Assembly (NCBI GenBank): GCA_963805855.1
Contig: CAWDVW010000002.1
Span: forward strand, 544,001-608,000
Direction of reading: 5' to 3'
Source of the DNA: Candidatus Dadabacteria bacterium
Lineage (GTDB): Bacteria > Desulfobacterota_D > UBA1144 > Nemesobacterales > CSP1-2
DNA length: 64,000 nt
Of this stretch, positions 1 to 9,698 are shown piece after piece. Both the position numbers and the translations under genes were made by a program. Position 1 is the first letter of the stretch. Each line of letters starts with the position of its first letter. The notes under the pieces are model-generated. The model was not told the DNA's origin. It was given only the letters and a program-made list of their open reading frames with translations, and made no database searches.

Positions 1-77
1 GGGTAGGAAAACCCCGCCTATCGGTATTTGGGAATAATTCTACACGCGATCGATAGTCGGGACTTTCCAGTCCCGAT
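1..77. repeat. Pair of REP-like palindromes with a GATAG foot (REPIN-like doublet)
   Basis: GGGTAGGAAAACCCCGCCTATC (1-23) and GATAGTCGGGACTTTCCAGTCCCGAT (52-77). Related copies at 4007-4031, 29466-29487, 43721-43796, 52503-52524 and 52721-52745. Confidence 0.7.
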
Positions 78-102
78 CCAACTGCGGCAAGAAACCACTC
101 AT

Positions 103-139
103 AAAATCCCTCTACTTCTCCCTTTAAAAAAGGGAGACT
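103..139. repeat. REP-like AATCCCCTC...CCCTTT/AAAGGG hairpin family
   Basis: Similar intergenic hairpins at about 58714-58752, 59830-59864 and 60103-60130. Confidence 0.55.
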
Positions 140-188
140 TTATACGGCTTCCTGCTTTTATAGAGGTGGGGTGAGGGCTTTTTATTCA

Positions 189-758
189 TTACTTTGGGCT
201 TATCTCATACCAGATGGCTGAAATATATCCGGCGGCATCCGGCTTATTGATCTCTTTCACAATTGTAGGTTCACCACCTGTGCATTTCCACTCATAGATC
301 GTTGAGCGCCCTGAAGCATACGCAGGTATGAAGTCAGAATCCGGATTCGATTTGCACCATTCCTTCATTCCTTGATTGGGTTCACGTGACGTATCTGCCT
401 TTTCAGTGCACGGCAGATTTGCCCCAACGTTGCAGGCATATACCCTCCCATCCATGCAGCGCCAGTAAGTGCCTCTTTCGAACACGTCTGACGGAGCGCC
501 CTCAGGTGTCCCAAAAGCCTTCTTTAACCCGACTACGATCGCCTCAGGCATCTTCGGCCCGACATACCTTGAATCAGGCGAGTCAATTGTACCAACCACC
601 TTGCAGTAGGCAAAAGGATTTTTATACGTGGCCTCTTCCTCAGAACCTGATTTCGAGACATTAGATTCATCATCCCCCTTCTCGCCTTTGCATGATAATT
701 GGATGAACGATATGAGCACAAGTGAAGCAATAATTACAATAGCACCTTTGGTAATCAT
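189..758 (-). CDS. Cys-rich putative lipoprotein
   Basis: 189-aa ORF with GAGGAG RBS, hydrophobic N-terminus ending in LSC (lipobox-like) and several Cys. Confidence 0.7.
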   Translation of the reverse strand: MITKGAIVIIASLVLISFIQLSCKGEKGDDESNVSKSGSEEEATYKNPFAYCKVVGTIDSPDSRYVGPKMPEAIVVGLKKAFGTPEGAPSDVFERGTYWRCMDGRVYACNVGANLPCTEKADTSREPNQGMKEWCKSNPDSDFIPAYASGRSTIYEWKCTGGEPTIVKEINKPDAAGYISAIWYEISPK

Positions 759-985
759 ATTATCTCCTCGTTATAAAGTTTGAGTAGGCTATTCGTCATA
801 TAATAGCATTAACTATCTCATTTTAAAATGAAACATGTTTGGCCAAACCTACCGAAATGTCTGCGAATAAAGGACACCGATATCATAATTCACCCTTGGA
901 CCTTTTAAACGATTGTTGCTTGTACAGAAGAAGTCATTAAAATAAAGGTCGCGTTAAAGTCAACATAACTAGACCCTTTCGCCCT

Positions 986-2149
986 ATGATGCCGCTTCTA
1001 TTGATCGTCAGTGTTTTAACAATACTTCTGACTATATTCTTGCTAAAACTACTCCAAATAATTAGATACCACGATGAAATACCCCATGTGGAAAGTTTAG
1101 ATGGGAATGCACCAATGGTATCCATTATCGTTCCCATGAGAAATGAAGAAAGGAATGCAAGGCAATGTATTGAGACCCTTATGTCTCAAAAATATCGAAA
1201 TTTTGAGGTAATTGTTGTAGACGATAGATCGGAGGACAACACACTCACAATACTCAAGGAGTTCGCCTCGAAACACAGCGACTTTAAGCTCATTGAGGGT
1301 GCGCCAACCCCGGAGGGATGGATCGGGAAAAACCACGCACTCTGGCAGGGCGTGAGAGAAGCAAAGGGCGACTGGATCCTTTTTGTTGATGCAGACACGA
1401 TTTCCGAGGACTACATGCTTCCCTCGACAATCAAATTCGTAGAAGACAACGGTGTAGACATGCTTTCACTCTCCCCTTTTCAGATATTGGAAACATTCTG
1501 GGAACGAGTGGTCCAGCCTGTTATTTTCTCCTCCCTCTACTATGCTTTTCCGCAGAAGAAGATAAATGATCCCAAGAGTAAGTTAGCGGCGGCAATCGGT
1601 CAATTTATATTGATAAAGCGATCGGTGTATGGGGACACCGGCGGACACTCTTCCATAAAAAATAAGATTGTCGAGGACTTTGCCCTGGCAAAACTCGTAA
1701 AAGGTTCCGGTTATCGGCTATGCGTGATGAGAGGTATAAACCTCATTAGAACCCGAATGTACACAAATTTTAACGAACTCTGGGAGGGATGGACAAAAAA
1801 TCTCTTCTTCGGACTAAACAAGAGATGGAGAAATCTTATATTTCTTGTATCTGTTCTACTTTCCTGGGGCATCATTCCTCCCGTCCTCTTTATCTGGTCC
1901 ATATTCATCACAGTTTGGGGACAATCGTTATCATTTGTCCATCTGGCAATCGCTTTTGAAAGCACCTTTTTACTGGCCTTAGTCATATACACAGCCTGGC
2001 AGACTAACCGGCTCTTTTCTATCCCCTGGTTTTACTCTCTAACCGTTCCATTGGGTGCGGCGGTATACGTAGGAATGCTACTGTGTTCCGCCTACAAGGT
2101 GGCGAGTGGCGAAGGAGTTTCCTGGAAAGAGCGGGTATACAGGCTCTAA
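986..2149 (+). CDS. Glycosyltransferase family 2, membrane-bound (HpnB/CrtQ-like)
   Basis: Motifs VSIIVPMRNE, DDRSED, GWIGK, FVDAD, EDF and W-x-G-W; N- and C-terminal TM segments. Confidence 0.85.
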   Translation: MMPLLLIVSVLTILLTIFLLKLLQIIRYHDEIPHVESLDGNAPMVSIIVPMRNEERNARQCIETLMSQKYRNFEVIVVDDRSEDNTLTILKEFASKHSDFKLIEGAPTPEGWIGKNHALWQGVREAKGDWILFVDADTISEDYMLPSTIKFVEDNGVDMLSLSPFQILETFWERVVQPVIFSSLYYAFPQKKINDPKSKLAAAIGQFILIKRSVYGDTGGHSSIKNKIVEDFALAKLVKGSGYRLCVMRGINLIRTRMYTNFNELWEGWTKNLFFGLNKRWRNLIFLVSVLLSWGIIPPVLFIWSIFITVWGQSLSFVHLAIAFESTFLLALVIYTAWQTNRLFSIPWFYSLTVPLGAAVYVGMLLCSAYKVASGEGVSWKERVYRL

Positions 2150-2280
2150 ATAAAATTACTACGATTTCATGAGAGTTTTGTGCTCATAAGTCCTTTTCAA
2201 ATTGAAAAGGACTTAAATGGCATTCCAAACACGATGCAGGATCCAAGATGCACGATTCATGATGCAGGCGAATCAATTTA

Positions 2281-2448
2281 TCCGTTCGCACTGAGTCTAT
2301 CGAAGTGTGAACACCTTGAGTATTCTTTAAATGTAGTGGCGATCTTCCTTCGACACGCCGGACTCAGACTGGTGGCTACCCGTATTAAATGAGCGATAAT
2401 ATCACTGGGTAGGTCACGAGTCCCTTCGGTGTTGCTCAGGGCAGGCTT
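2281..2448. repeat. REP-like CTGAG/TCGAAG - CTTCG/CTCAG palindrome cluster
   Basis: Related units at about 5294-5335, 43433-43474 and 52592-52613. Confidence 0.45.
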
Positions 2449-2597
2449 GCTCGTGACATTCGGCAGCGTTCTGACCTGACTTGCTCTCCGGAGTTCTCTC
2501 CCCTTTAGATGAAGCGGGACGTGGGCGGAGTCTGTTCTAAGAAGCTTCGCCAGAATATAACTAGGAATAATGGTAATCTCTTTCCCACGGTTGTATA

Positions 2598-3713
2598 ATG
2601 GAACAAAAGCCTTCAACCATGAAAAAGCTCCTCGAGTTAATAACACCGGCAAAGAAGCTACATACCGTGATATTCTTCGTCACTTCACGCTGTAATGCCC
2701 GCTGCAGGACCTGTTTCTACTGGGAGGAGCTGAATCAGAAAGGTGACCTGACATTCGAAGAGATAGAAAGATTGTCGGAAACAATGCCCCCGTTTCAGGA
2801 CCTCTTGCTCAGCGGTGGCGAGCCGTCACTTAGAAAGGAACTCCCTGAGATAGTAAATCTGTTTTACAAAAATAATGGGATAGGAAGGATATACTTCCCA
2901 ACGAACGGGCTTAAGCCGGAACGCATGAGAGACCTTACTGAGAGAATCCTGGAAGAAAATGGGCATCTTGAGATCTATCTCAACAATTCGATCGACGGCC
3001 TTCCTGAAACAAACGACAGGATCCGAAGCGTCCCGGGAAACTTCAAGAAATCCCTTGAGACGATAAAACTCCTCAGGACCTTGAAGCCGACATTCGGCCA
3101 CAGGCTTCAGATAAATGTTAATTCCGTGATCTGCGCAGAAAATTACCGCGAGCTAGCTGATCTTGGCGTATATTTCTTAGAAAATGAAAGGCTCGACTAT
3201 CACTTCTTTCAGATAATACGCGGTGATCCCCTCGATAAGACCCTGAAATTAGTCCCTGCAGATGAACTCAGAAATCTCTACAGAGATATAACAGAAATTC
3301 AGCACATATATTCCGAAAGACAGGCCGAGGATCGTGGAAGGGCAGAAGGGTTCATAAGAAAATCAGTGTATAAAGGAATTTTTAATTTTCATCACCAGAC
3401 CCAGTTTAATAACTACACAAATAATACTCACTGGCCCATGCCCTGCACCGCCGCCGAGACGGCGATGGTCATCGATTATGATGGAAATATAAGGGCCTGT
3501 GAATTGCGCGGGTCTTTAGGGAACCTAAGGGATTATGAGTGTGATTTTGAGGCATTCTGGAATTCAAAAATTAGAGAGCATGAAATTAGCTCCATCGCAG
3601 AGGATAAATGCTTCTGCACACATATTTGTTTCTTACACGACAGCATGAGGTTTTCTAATCGGGTAAGGTTCTGGGAGCTTCCAAAAAGCTACCTTACAAG
3701 ACACACCTGGTGA
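2598..3713 (+). CDS. Radical SAM protein with SPASM/Twitch-type C-terminus
   Basis: CNARCRTC (CxxxCxxC), SGGEP, and C-terminal PCTA...DGNIRACE...CFCTHIC. True start may be the ATG at 2619. Confidence 0.85.
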   Translation: MEQKPSTMKKLLELITPAKKLHTVIFFVTSRCNARCRTCFYWEELNQKGDLTFEEIERLSETMPPFQDLLLSGGEPSLRKELPEIVNLFYKNNGIGRIYFPTNGLKPERMRDLTERILEENGHLEIYLNNSIDGLPETNDRIRSVPGNFKKSLETIKLLRTLKPTFGHRLQINVNSVICAENYRELADLGVYFLENERLDYHFFQIIRGDPLDKTLKLVPADELRNLYRDITEIQHIYSERQAEDRGRAEGFIRKSVYKGIFNFHHQTQFNNYTNNTHWPMPCTAAETAMVIDYDGNIRACELRGSLGNLRDYECDFEAFWNSKIREHEISSIAEDKCFCTHICFLHDSMRFSNRVRFWELPKSYLTRHTW

Positions 3714-4048
3714 TTCTCCTAGATCGACGGAGAATAGATGCCTAAAGTCCATCACCAAATATTATTTGAGCCCTTTATAGGGTTTTGTCATTCCCGCGGA
3801 TTACCCGACAAAGGCATTCGAGTACAAGCGTAAGGGGGAATCCAGCTCGAATCTGATTTGGATCTCCGCTCAAGGCACGTCAGGATCACATTGACAAGGA
3901 ACATAGAGCACTACATTCCTTAGATACAAAAGATATAATCTTAATTTGGTGTCGGTTCCGAAAATGGGCATTATGGACTCATGAAGGCGTCAGTCCTTAC
4001 ATCGAAGCGGGGTTGGAAAACCCCGCCTATCTTGATTCATGGACGCGA

Positions 4049-4957
4049 TTACTCAGGCTCGATACTAATGTTTGCTCTTAGAATATGCTCCGAACTAGGC
4101 GCCACTGTTATTAGATCTTCTCCTGCATTTGTGGTTTCAACGCACACAAACCTCCTATAATCCTGATCTCCCAGATCCTTCATTTGACGGGCTTTAGCAA
4201 GCCAGGGATTCCAGATTACCGTCGATTTGCTTCCCCCTTTCTTGATTCTTATGTTCCTCTTGAAACCCGGATCATGAACGACGCAATCATTCGCAGCATC
4301 AAGATAGATTCGGTCGGTCTCTTCCATTATCTCGACTCGCCCTTCTTGATACTTCTCTTTAAAACTATCCACCTTATCTATGTAATTACAGCCCTCGAGA
4401 CCCTGAACGTAAATCTTATCGATTTCGCTAACGTGATAGTATGAGTGAAAAGCCTGACTGATCGTAAAATCTTCCTCTCCGGTATTCCTAGCAATCATAT
4501 CCAGATGTAACTCATTTCTAACCGTCATTATAAATTCCAGATCAAACGCATGGGGCCATAGCGACCGCGTATACTGACTATCACTTAACCCAAGGCTAAT
4601 CCTTGATGCTTCTCCCTCAACTTCTGTGCCCCTAACATTCCAATTAGATATGCGTGCGAAGCCATGGGCTGGTTTACCTTTCTCTGTAGGGTGATCTGCA
4701 AACCACGGCCAGCTTATGGGGATGCCACCACGTATTGCTATGCCAGGCTCGAATCGAGAAAGTCCGCTAAGAAATAAAACTTCCTCCCGACCCTTAGGTT
4801 TAAACGAGGTGACATGCGCGCCGTGCAGAAACACTGTCGCAGCAGCATGTCCACTATTTATCTCGGCCATAGTCGAACCACCAGGCCCGCCTTTAAATGC
4901 AATTTTGCCCGGAATCCCAAATCGCTTATTAAGATCGTCTATCGAATCCATTTCCAT
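4049..4957 (-). CDS. D-hexose-6-phosphate mutarotase (aldose 1-epimerase family, YeaD-like)
   Basis: AIRGGIPISWPWF, PAHGFAR, AFHSY, WNPW and FVCVE motifs. Confidence 0.9.
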   Translation of the reverse strand: MEMDSIDDLNKRFGIPGKIAFKGGPGGSTMAEINSGHAAATVFLHGAHVTSFKPKGREEVLFLSGLSRFEPGIAIRGGIPISWPWFADHPTEKGKPAHGFARISNWNVRGTEVEGEASRISLGLSDSQYTRSLWPHAFDLEFIMTVRNELHLDMIARNTGEEDFTISQAFHSYYHVSEIDKIYVQGLEGCNYIDKVDSFKEKYQEGRVEIMEETDRIYLDAANDCVVHDPGFKRNIRIKKGGSKSTVIWNPWLAKARQMKDLGDQDYRRFVCVETTNAGEDLITVAPSSEHILRANISIEPE

Positions 4958-5158
4958 CTATTATATTCGAAAATTGGATTAATACTGTTACCGGCTCATA
5001 GGTTCAAACAGTTTTTATATAGCAACATACAACACTGCAGCAAGCTGAGGTGAATTCGCGAGTTGAATCGGCATTCCAAAAATTGCGTTTAGAAAATCAA
5101 AAACAAGACGTGAAAAAAAATTTGCGGGTTGTGGTTGAATTAAATTCTATTGTTGTTC

Positions 5159-5252
5159 TGTCATCCCCGAAATCAGTAATCGGGGATCCATTCCCGCCAC
5201 AAACGTGCGGGGACAGGATATGGATTCCCGCTAACAATCCGCGGGAATGACA
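5159..5252. repeat. REP-like TGTCATCCCCG...GGGAATGACA composite palindrome
   Basis: Near-identical unit at 33024-33136; partial copies at about 3787-3846, 44616-44648 and 52531-52562. Confidence 0.7.
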
Positions 5253-5495
5253 AGATACAAGGTATAAGATTGCTTCAATCTCGGAGTCTATCGTTCGCCT
5301 GAGCTCACGATCATATCCTGAGTGCATCGAGGGGCAAATTTTGCAAGGAATTGAGGATTGGGTGCCGTCGCGCCTCTAGCGGAAACCCTGTAGCTACCGG
5401 AAATTATCAAGCCAAGTCGCCTAATCCGCGATTCGAAGTAGACAGAATCAACCATATGTAGTTAAAATAAACTCGTTCCAAGGAGTATAATCGTA

Positions 5496-6497
5496 ATGTA
5501 TGTACAAAAGGGAAAGGTCAGGATGCCCGATCTCAATAGCGCTAAGTGGATAAATTCAAGGGAGATTGCCAAGGAAGACCTGGCAGGAAGGGTGGTACTG
5601 ATAGATTTCTGGGATTATACATGTGTCAATTGCATTAGGACACTTCCATACATCAGAGAATGGTATAGAAGATACCATGATAAAGGGCTGGAGATTATTG
5701 GTGTGCACGCCCCTGAATTTACATTTTCAAAGACCGAGGGGAATGTAAGAAAGGGCATAGAGGAGTTTGAAATTAAGTACCCTGTCGTCATGGATAACGA
5801 TTACAAGATCTGGCAGGCGTTCGCCAACCGTTACTGGCCTTCAAAGTATCTCATCGATAAGAACGGCTATTTCCGGTATGCACACTTCGGTGAGGGGAAT
5901 TATATCGAAACAGAGCTTGCAATACAGCTTCTCCTTAAAGAGATCGATCCTGATGTCGATCTTCCGGATCCTATGAAGCCGGTGCGAGATATGGACACCC
6001 CGGGTGTTCACTGCTACAGGGTCAGCCCTGAACTATATTTTGGTCACAGCCGCGGAAAACTCGGAAATACAGAAGAAGTGGAAAAAGACAAAGCGCAGGA
6101 ATTTAAAAAGCCGGACATAACACAGGAAGATACAATATACGTTGAAGGCAGATGGATTAGTTCCCCTGAATATATGGCACCTGCCCTAAATGATTCGTCG
6201 AAGAAGGCTCACGTATATTTAAAATACACCTCTTCGGAGGTAAACCTCGTGATCAATCCCGAAAAGGAAAAGGACTTCAAGGTTGTTATTATGCAAGATA
6301 ATAACTATCTCGATCGCGAGGATGCCGGTGACGACGTGGAGTTTGAATCCAATGGCGAAAGCTATATCGTTGTGCGTGATCCAAAAATGTATAACCTGAT
6401 AAAAAATAAAGACGTCGGGTCACATCTCCTTCAGCTTTCAACCAATTCCAATGGATTTTCAGCTTATGCGTTTACATTCATAAGCTGTGTGATCTGA
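5496..6497 (+). CDS. Thioredoxin-like redoxin (DipZ C-terminal type)
   Basis: DFWDYTCVNC, GVHAPEF and NRYWP motifs, plus a DipZ-like C-terminal domain ending AYAFTF. Confidence 0.85.
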   Translation: MYVQKGKVRMPDLNSAKWINSREIAKEDLAGRVVLIDFWDYTCVNCIRTLPYIREWYRRYHDKGLEIIGVHAPEFTFSKTEGNVRKGIEEFEIKYPVVMDNDYKIWQAFANRYWPSKYLIDKNGYFRYAHFGEGNYIETELAIQLLLKEIDPDVDLPDPMKPVRDMDTPGVHCYRVSPELYFGHSRGKLGNTEEVEKDKAQEFKKPDITQEDTIYVEGRWISSPEYMAPALNDSSKKAHVYLKYTSSEVNLVINPEKEKDFKVVIMQDNNYLDREDAGDDVEFESNGESYIVVRDPKMYNLIKNKDVGSHLLQLSTNSNGFSAYAFTFISCVI

Positions 6498-6923
6498 GGA
6501 ACGCCCTTGCGCATTCATTCTACGACTGGAATAGCCCCCAATACTTCCAGAGCCCCTGCATATATCCGGCCCGGGGGTTTGTCCAAATGTGATCCCGTCC
6601 TTCAGATAAGTCTTCTTGCTTCGAGGAGGCACCGTGACTGGTAGAACGCCCACACCCTCCGAAATCTGTCTACCATAGTATCTAGAAGACGTGGAATAAT
6701 ATCTCAGTCTGATCAACACATCCTTATAAGTTACATCACTTGTATTCTCAATAGTAACGCTTTTTATGATTCCTACCCCGAAAGTTGAATAGAACGACCA
6801 GTCGGAAATGTTGATGTACCATTCCGGATTATCTACCATGGGTTTTAACTTTACCTGATCGTCTGCCCTGACAACTGAAACAATCGTTAAAAGAACGAGC
6901 AAGGTATTTAATTTTACACTCAC
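6459..6923 (-). CDS. Secreted hypothetical protein (3' end possibly frameshifted; alternative stop at 6515)
   Basis: Signal peptide-like N-terminus and beta-rich body; the predicted end overlaps the convergent gene by 39 bp. Confidence 0.55.
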   Translation of the reverse strand: MSVKLNTLLVLLTIVSVVRADDQVKLKPMVDNPEWYINISDWSFYSTFGVGIIKSVTIENTSDVTYKDVLIRLRYYSTSSRYYGRQISEGVGVLPVTVPPRSKKTYLKDGITFGQTPGPDICRGSGSIGGYSSRRMNAQGRSSDHTAYECKRIS

Positions 6924-7085
6924 GATTTGCCAATGAATTATCTGTCCTCAAAAATGTATCGAGAATTCGCTCTAAACACAATGGTCAGTAATACTGTATG
7001 CTACCTCGAAACATCTAACAAACGATGTCCTATATATCTTAAGCAAGTTTGTTAGACTCGAGCAATTTTGGAATAAATAAAGAAG

Positions 7086-7562
7086 ATGCGACAGGTATTC
7101 GCCATTAAAACTCTATTTCTGATAGTGTTTGTTTCTTCTCTCGCTTGCGCTAGCAGGCCCGTGGAGGAGAACCATTTTGAAATTGTCAAAAGTGCTAAAG
7201 CAGATGAAAAGAGCTATGGTATATGGTATTTCGTAACAAAGGTGGAAAAGGATAGAAAATTCAGGGTGTACGTCGCGAAAGAGAGCATTTCGATAGAGAA
7301 TGATGAAAGGCGATCGTGGAGCAAGCTCCTATTTGATCAGGATCAAACTGATGAGGACGGTATCAAATACAAAGAGGTTTTTATCCATTCAACCGTGAAT
7401 TGCGCTAACAGAACATATTCATATAAGTCAGCCCGCTTCTATAACTCGCTGGGTGAGTTAGTTTCCAGTGAAAACATTTCTCAAGCACCTGCGCCCATAA
7501 TAGCTGATACCGTCAGCGATCACGTCGCAAGATTTGTTTGTGCTTATTCAAAAGACGAATGA
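7086..7562 (+). CDS. Putative lipoprotein, surface-adhesin E-like
   Basis: LAC lipobox; NC...Y...G...VC pattern. Confidence 0.6.
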   Translation: MRQVFAIKTLFLIVFVSSLACASRPVEENHFEIVKSAKADEKSYGIWYFVTKVEKDRKFRVYVAKESISIENDERRSWSKLLFDQDQTDEDGIKYKEVFIHSTVNCANRTYSYKSARFYNSLGELVSSENISQAPAPIIADTVSDHVARFVCAYSKDE

Positions 7563-7578
7563 AGTTGCGGGGTGTTTA

Positions 7579-8211
7579 TCACAAATTCCTCCTAGGAATA
7601 CACAGTGGGGGATCGGGCCTCCATTTCTTGATCAACCCATCAGCCGCACTAGTTTGCTCCGGTGTCATTTCGGGATTGATTTTTTCGAGCAACTTCTTGG
7701 CCTGATTCTCTTCGCGAGGAGAACCCGACTCGCTTGCCAAGGCCAACCACTTATAGGCCATTACTAAATCCTTATTTACTCCACATCCTTGTCCACATTG
7801 AAATACCGAGTACGGTATCTCACCATGTGCATACATCACCCCTAGCGCATTTTGAGCCTGAGGCTGTCCCCGGTTAGCCGCCTTAGTCCACAACTCCCTC
7901 GCCTTTTCATAGCTATTACTGACAGCCCTCCCCTCAAAGTAGAGCAAACCAAAGCTGAATTCCGCATCGCAATCCCCATCCTTCGCAAGTGGTTCCCAGT
8001 ATTTACGTGCAATGTCATACTCACCATACTCGTACCATCGAAGGCCGATTATGTATGGGTCTTTTTCCGTAAAATCTCGCACCGGATTCGGCAGCTGGCT
8101 CTTTATCTGTTTCATATCCTGGCACGCCGCGAAAAAAATAATCACAACGATAATAAAAAACTCGACGACATGAACATTTAAGGTTTTCACATCAAGAATT
8201 AACTGAGCCAA
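7579..8211 (-). CDS. Sel1-like repeat (TPR) lipoprotein
   Basis: AEFSFGLLYFEG, AQNALGVMYAHG and DLVMAYKWL repeats; AAC lipobox. Confidence 0.8.
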   Translation of the reverse strand: MAQLILDVKTLNVHVVEFFIIVVIIFFAACQDMKQIKSQLPNPVRDFTEKDPYIIGLRWYEYGEYDIARKYWEPLAKDGDCDAEFSFGLLYFEGRAVSNSYEKARELWTKAANRGQPQAQNALGVMYAHGEIPYSVFQCGQGCGVNKDLVMAYKWLALASESGSPREENQAKKLLEKINPEMTPEQTSAADGLIKKWRPDPPLCIPRRNL

Positions 8212-8331
8212 ACAAGGATTTACAGGTTTTGTTATCTGCCAGTCCGCGAGTTCAAAGATCCAAGGGCCTTAGAGAATCCTTCGATCAACCCTGCCTGAAT
8301 CAATGCGGACAAAGTCGTCACTTTTTTTCAT

Positions 8332-9162
8332 TTACGTCAGAATCATACCCTTCTGCTTTGTTGCATCCGCTTCCAGCTCCGGTATCTGCAAATAATTATT
8401 ATGTCTTAAGGATTGACGAACACGACTCAAAAGCTCTTTTCTGCTGATACGTCCCCCTGTGTCTCTCATGTGCATGCAGAAATTATAAGTGAATGCTCCA
8501 TTATACGCTCCGTTGATATACGCATCCGCAGATGTCTGGTTATCTTTACAACCAGCCCATAGCACCTGATGTTCTGTACTCCTGCCCTTTGACTTAAAAC
8601 CCTTTGTGGGCTTCAACTCTTCTTCCTCACCTTCCACGCGACACTCTATGTCTACAGGCGGGGGCAGGTACCTCGCTAATGTGGGATGTTCAGGACCGAG
8701 CTCGGGAGGCTGTCCGAGACTGTTTTCCCGTAATCCAGTGCCTGAATGGCAGGAATCAAGAAACACCTCTAATAGGACATTTTTGGGTAGTTTTTTAAAA
8801 ATAGCATTCAGATCGTCGTCAGTAATGTAGCATCCATCCCAATCCATGTCCCACGGGCAGATTAATTCGTCCATGTGGTCAAGAAGCTCATCCCCGTCCC
8901 TGTCGCGTATCTGAGAACCATGTCCCGAAAAATGAAATACAAGAAAGTCACCGGATTTCGCATTCTTTACCATCCACTTAAGCCTGTAAATAATGTTTTC
9001 CTTTGTCGCTCTGTCATCAACCAAAACACGAATATCCCTGTTGGAAAATCCCAAATATGTCTTGAGTATATTACGCATATTCGTGACATCGTTCAGGCAA
9101 CCGTTCAGATCATTAATTCCCTTATAATCATTTATACCGACCAATAGAGACCTCTTCGCCAT
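8332..9162 (-). CDS. Metacaspase / peptidase C14 family
   Basis: LLVGINDY, LNGCLND, catalytic FSGHG and DSCHSG, GAFT; GGAGG RBS. Confidence 0.9.
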   Translation of the reverse strand: MAKRSLLVGINDYKGINDLNGCLNDVTNMRNILKTYLGFSNRDIRVLVDDRATKENIIYRLKWMVKNAKSGDFLVFHFSGHGSQIRDRDGDELLDHMDELICPWDMDWDGCYITDDDLNAIFKKLPKNVLLEVFLDSCHSGTGLRENSLGQPPELGPEHPTLARYLPPPVDIECRVEGEEEELKPTKGFKSKGRSTEHQVLWAGCKDNQTSADAYINGAYNGAFTYNFCMHMRDTGGRISRKELLSRVRQSLRHNNYLQIPELEADATKQKGMILT

Positions 9163-9698
9163 AACACGCCTCCTTTTGATTTAACGTATTTCGATTAATC
9201 CACAATATAAATTCAATCGATTTTAAATACAATACTTACGGCGAACAATTAAAAAAACAAATCTATATACATTAGACAAAATAAACTGCTAGATAATCAC
9301 AATAATTTTATAAGGCCCAAGTTTAAAGTGGGAGCCGGCTGACTTATTTTTATTATTAATCGTAGAGCTATTAACAAGGTTTCGTCTTGTAACCCCTCAT
9401 TTTGCCCCTGCCAGTCGAGTGACGAATGAGTAAATTTCGAGCAAATTTATTAATTCTTCGACTCTGTCCTCGGATTACGAGACATTTACAGTGACGACAG
9501 TTCATTCCGTCATTGATATCGGAAGCCCATGTAGCAAGTAACAGGGAATTCGCGAGTTAATTATGTAGTTGAAAATTCTATAATCTGATGAATATCTTTC
9601 AAAATACATTAACGAATTTCTGTTAGCCCCATTTGAATCACGATGACATTTCAACAATAATTACATGATCTGGATAAATTAGTTAGTTATGCAGACTT

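Noticed and set aside
2230-2271. Heptamer tandem repeat CANGATN (about 6 units)
   Set aside because: Short degenerate intergenic repeat with no associated gene; no function can be supported.
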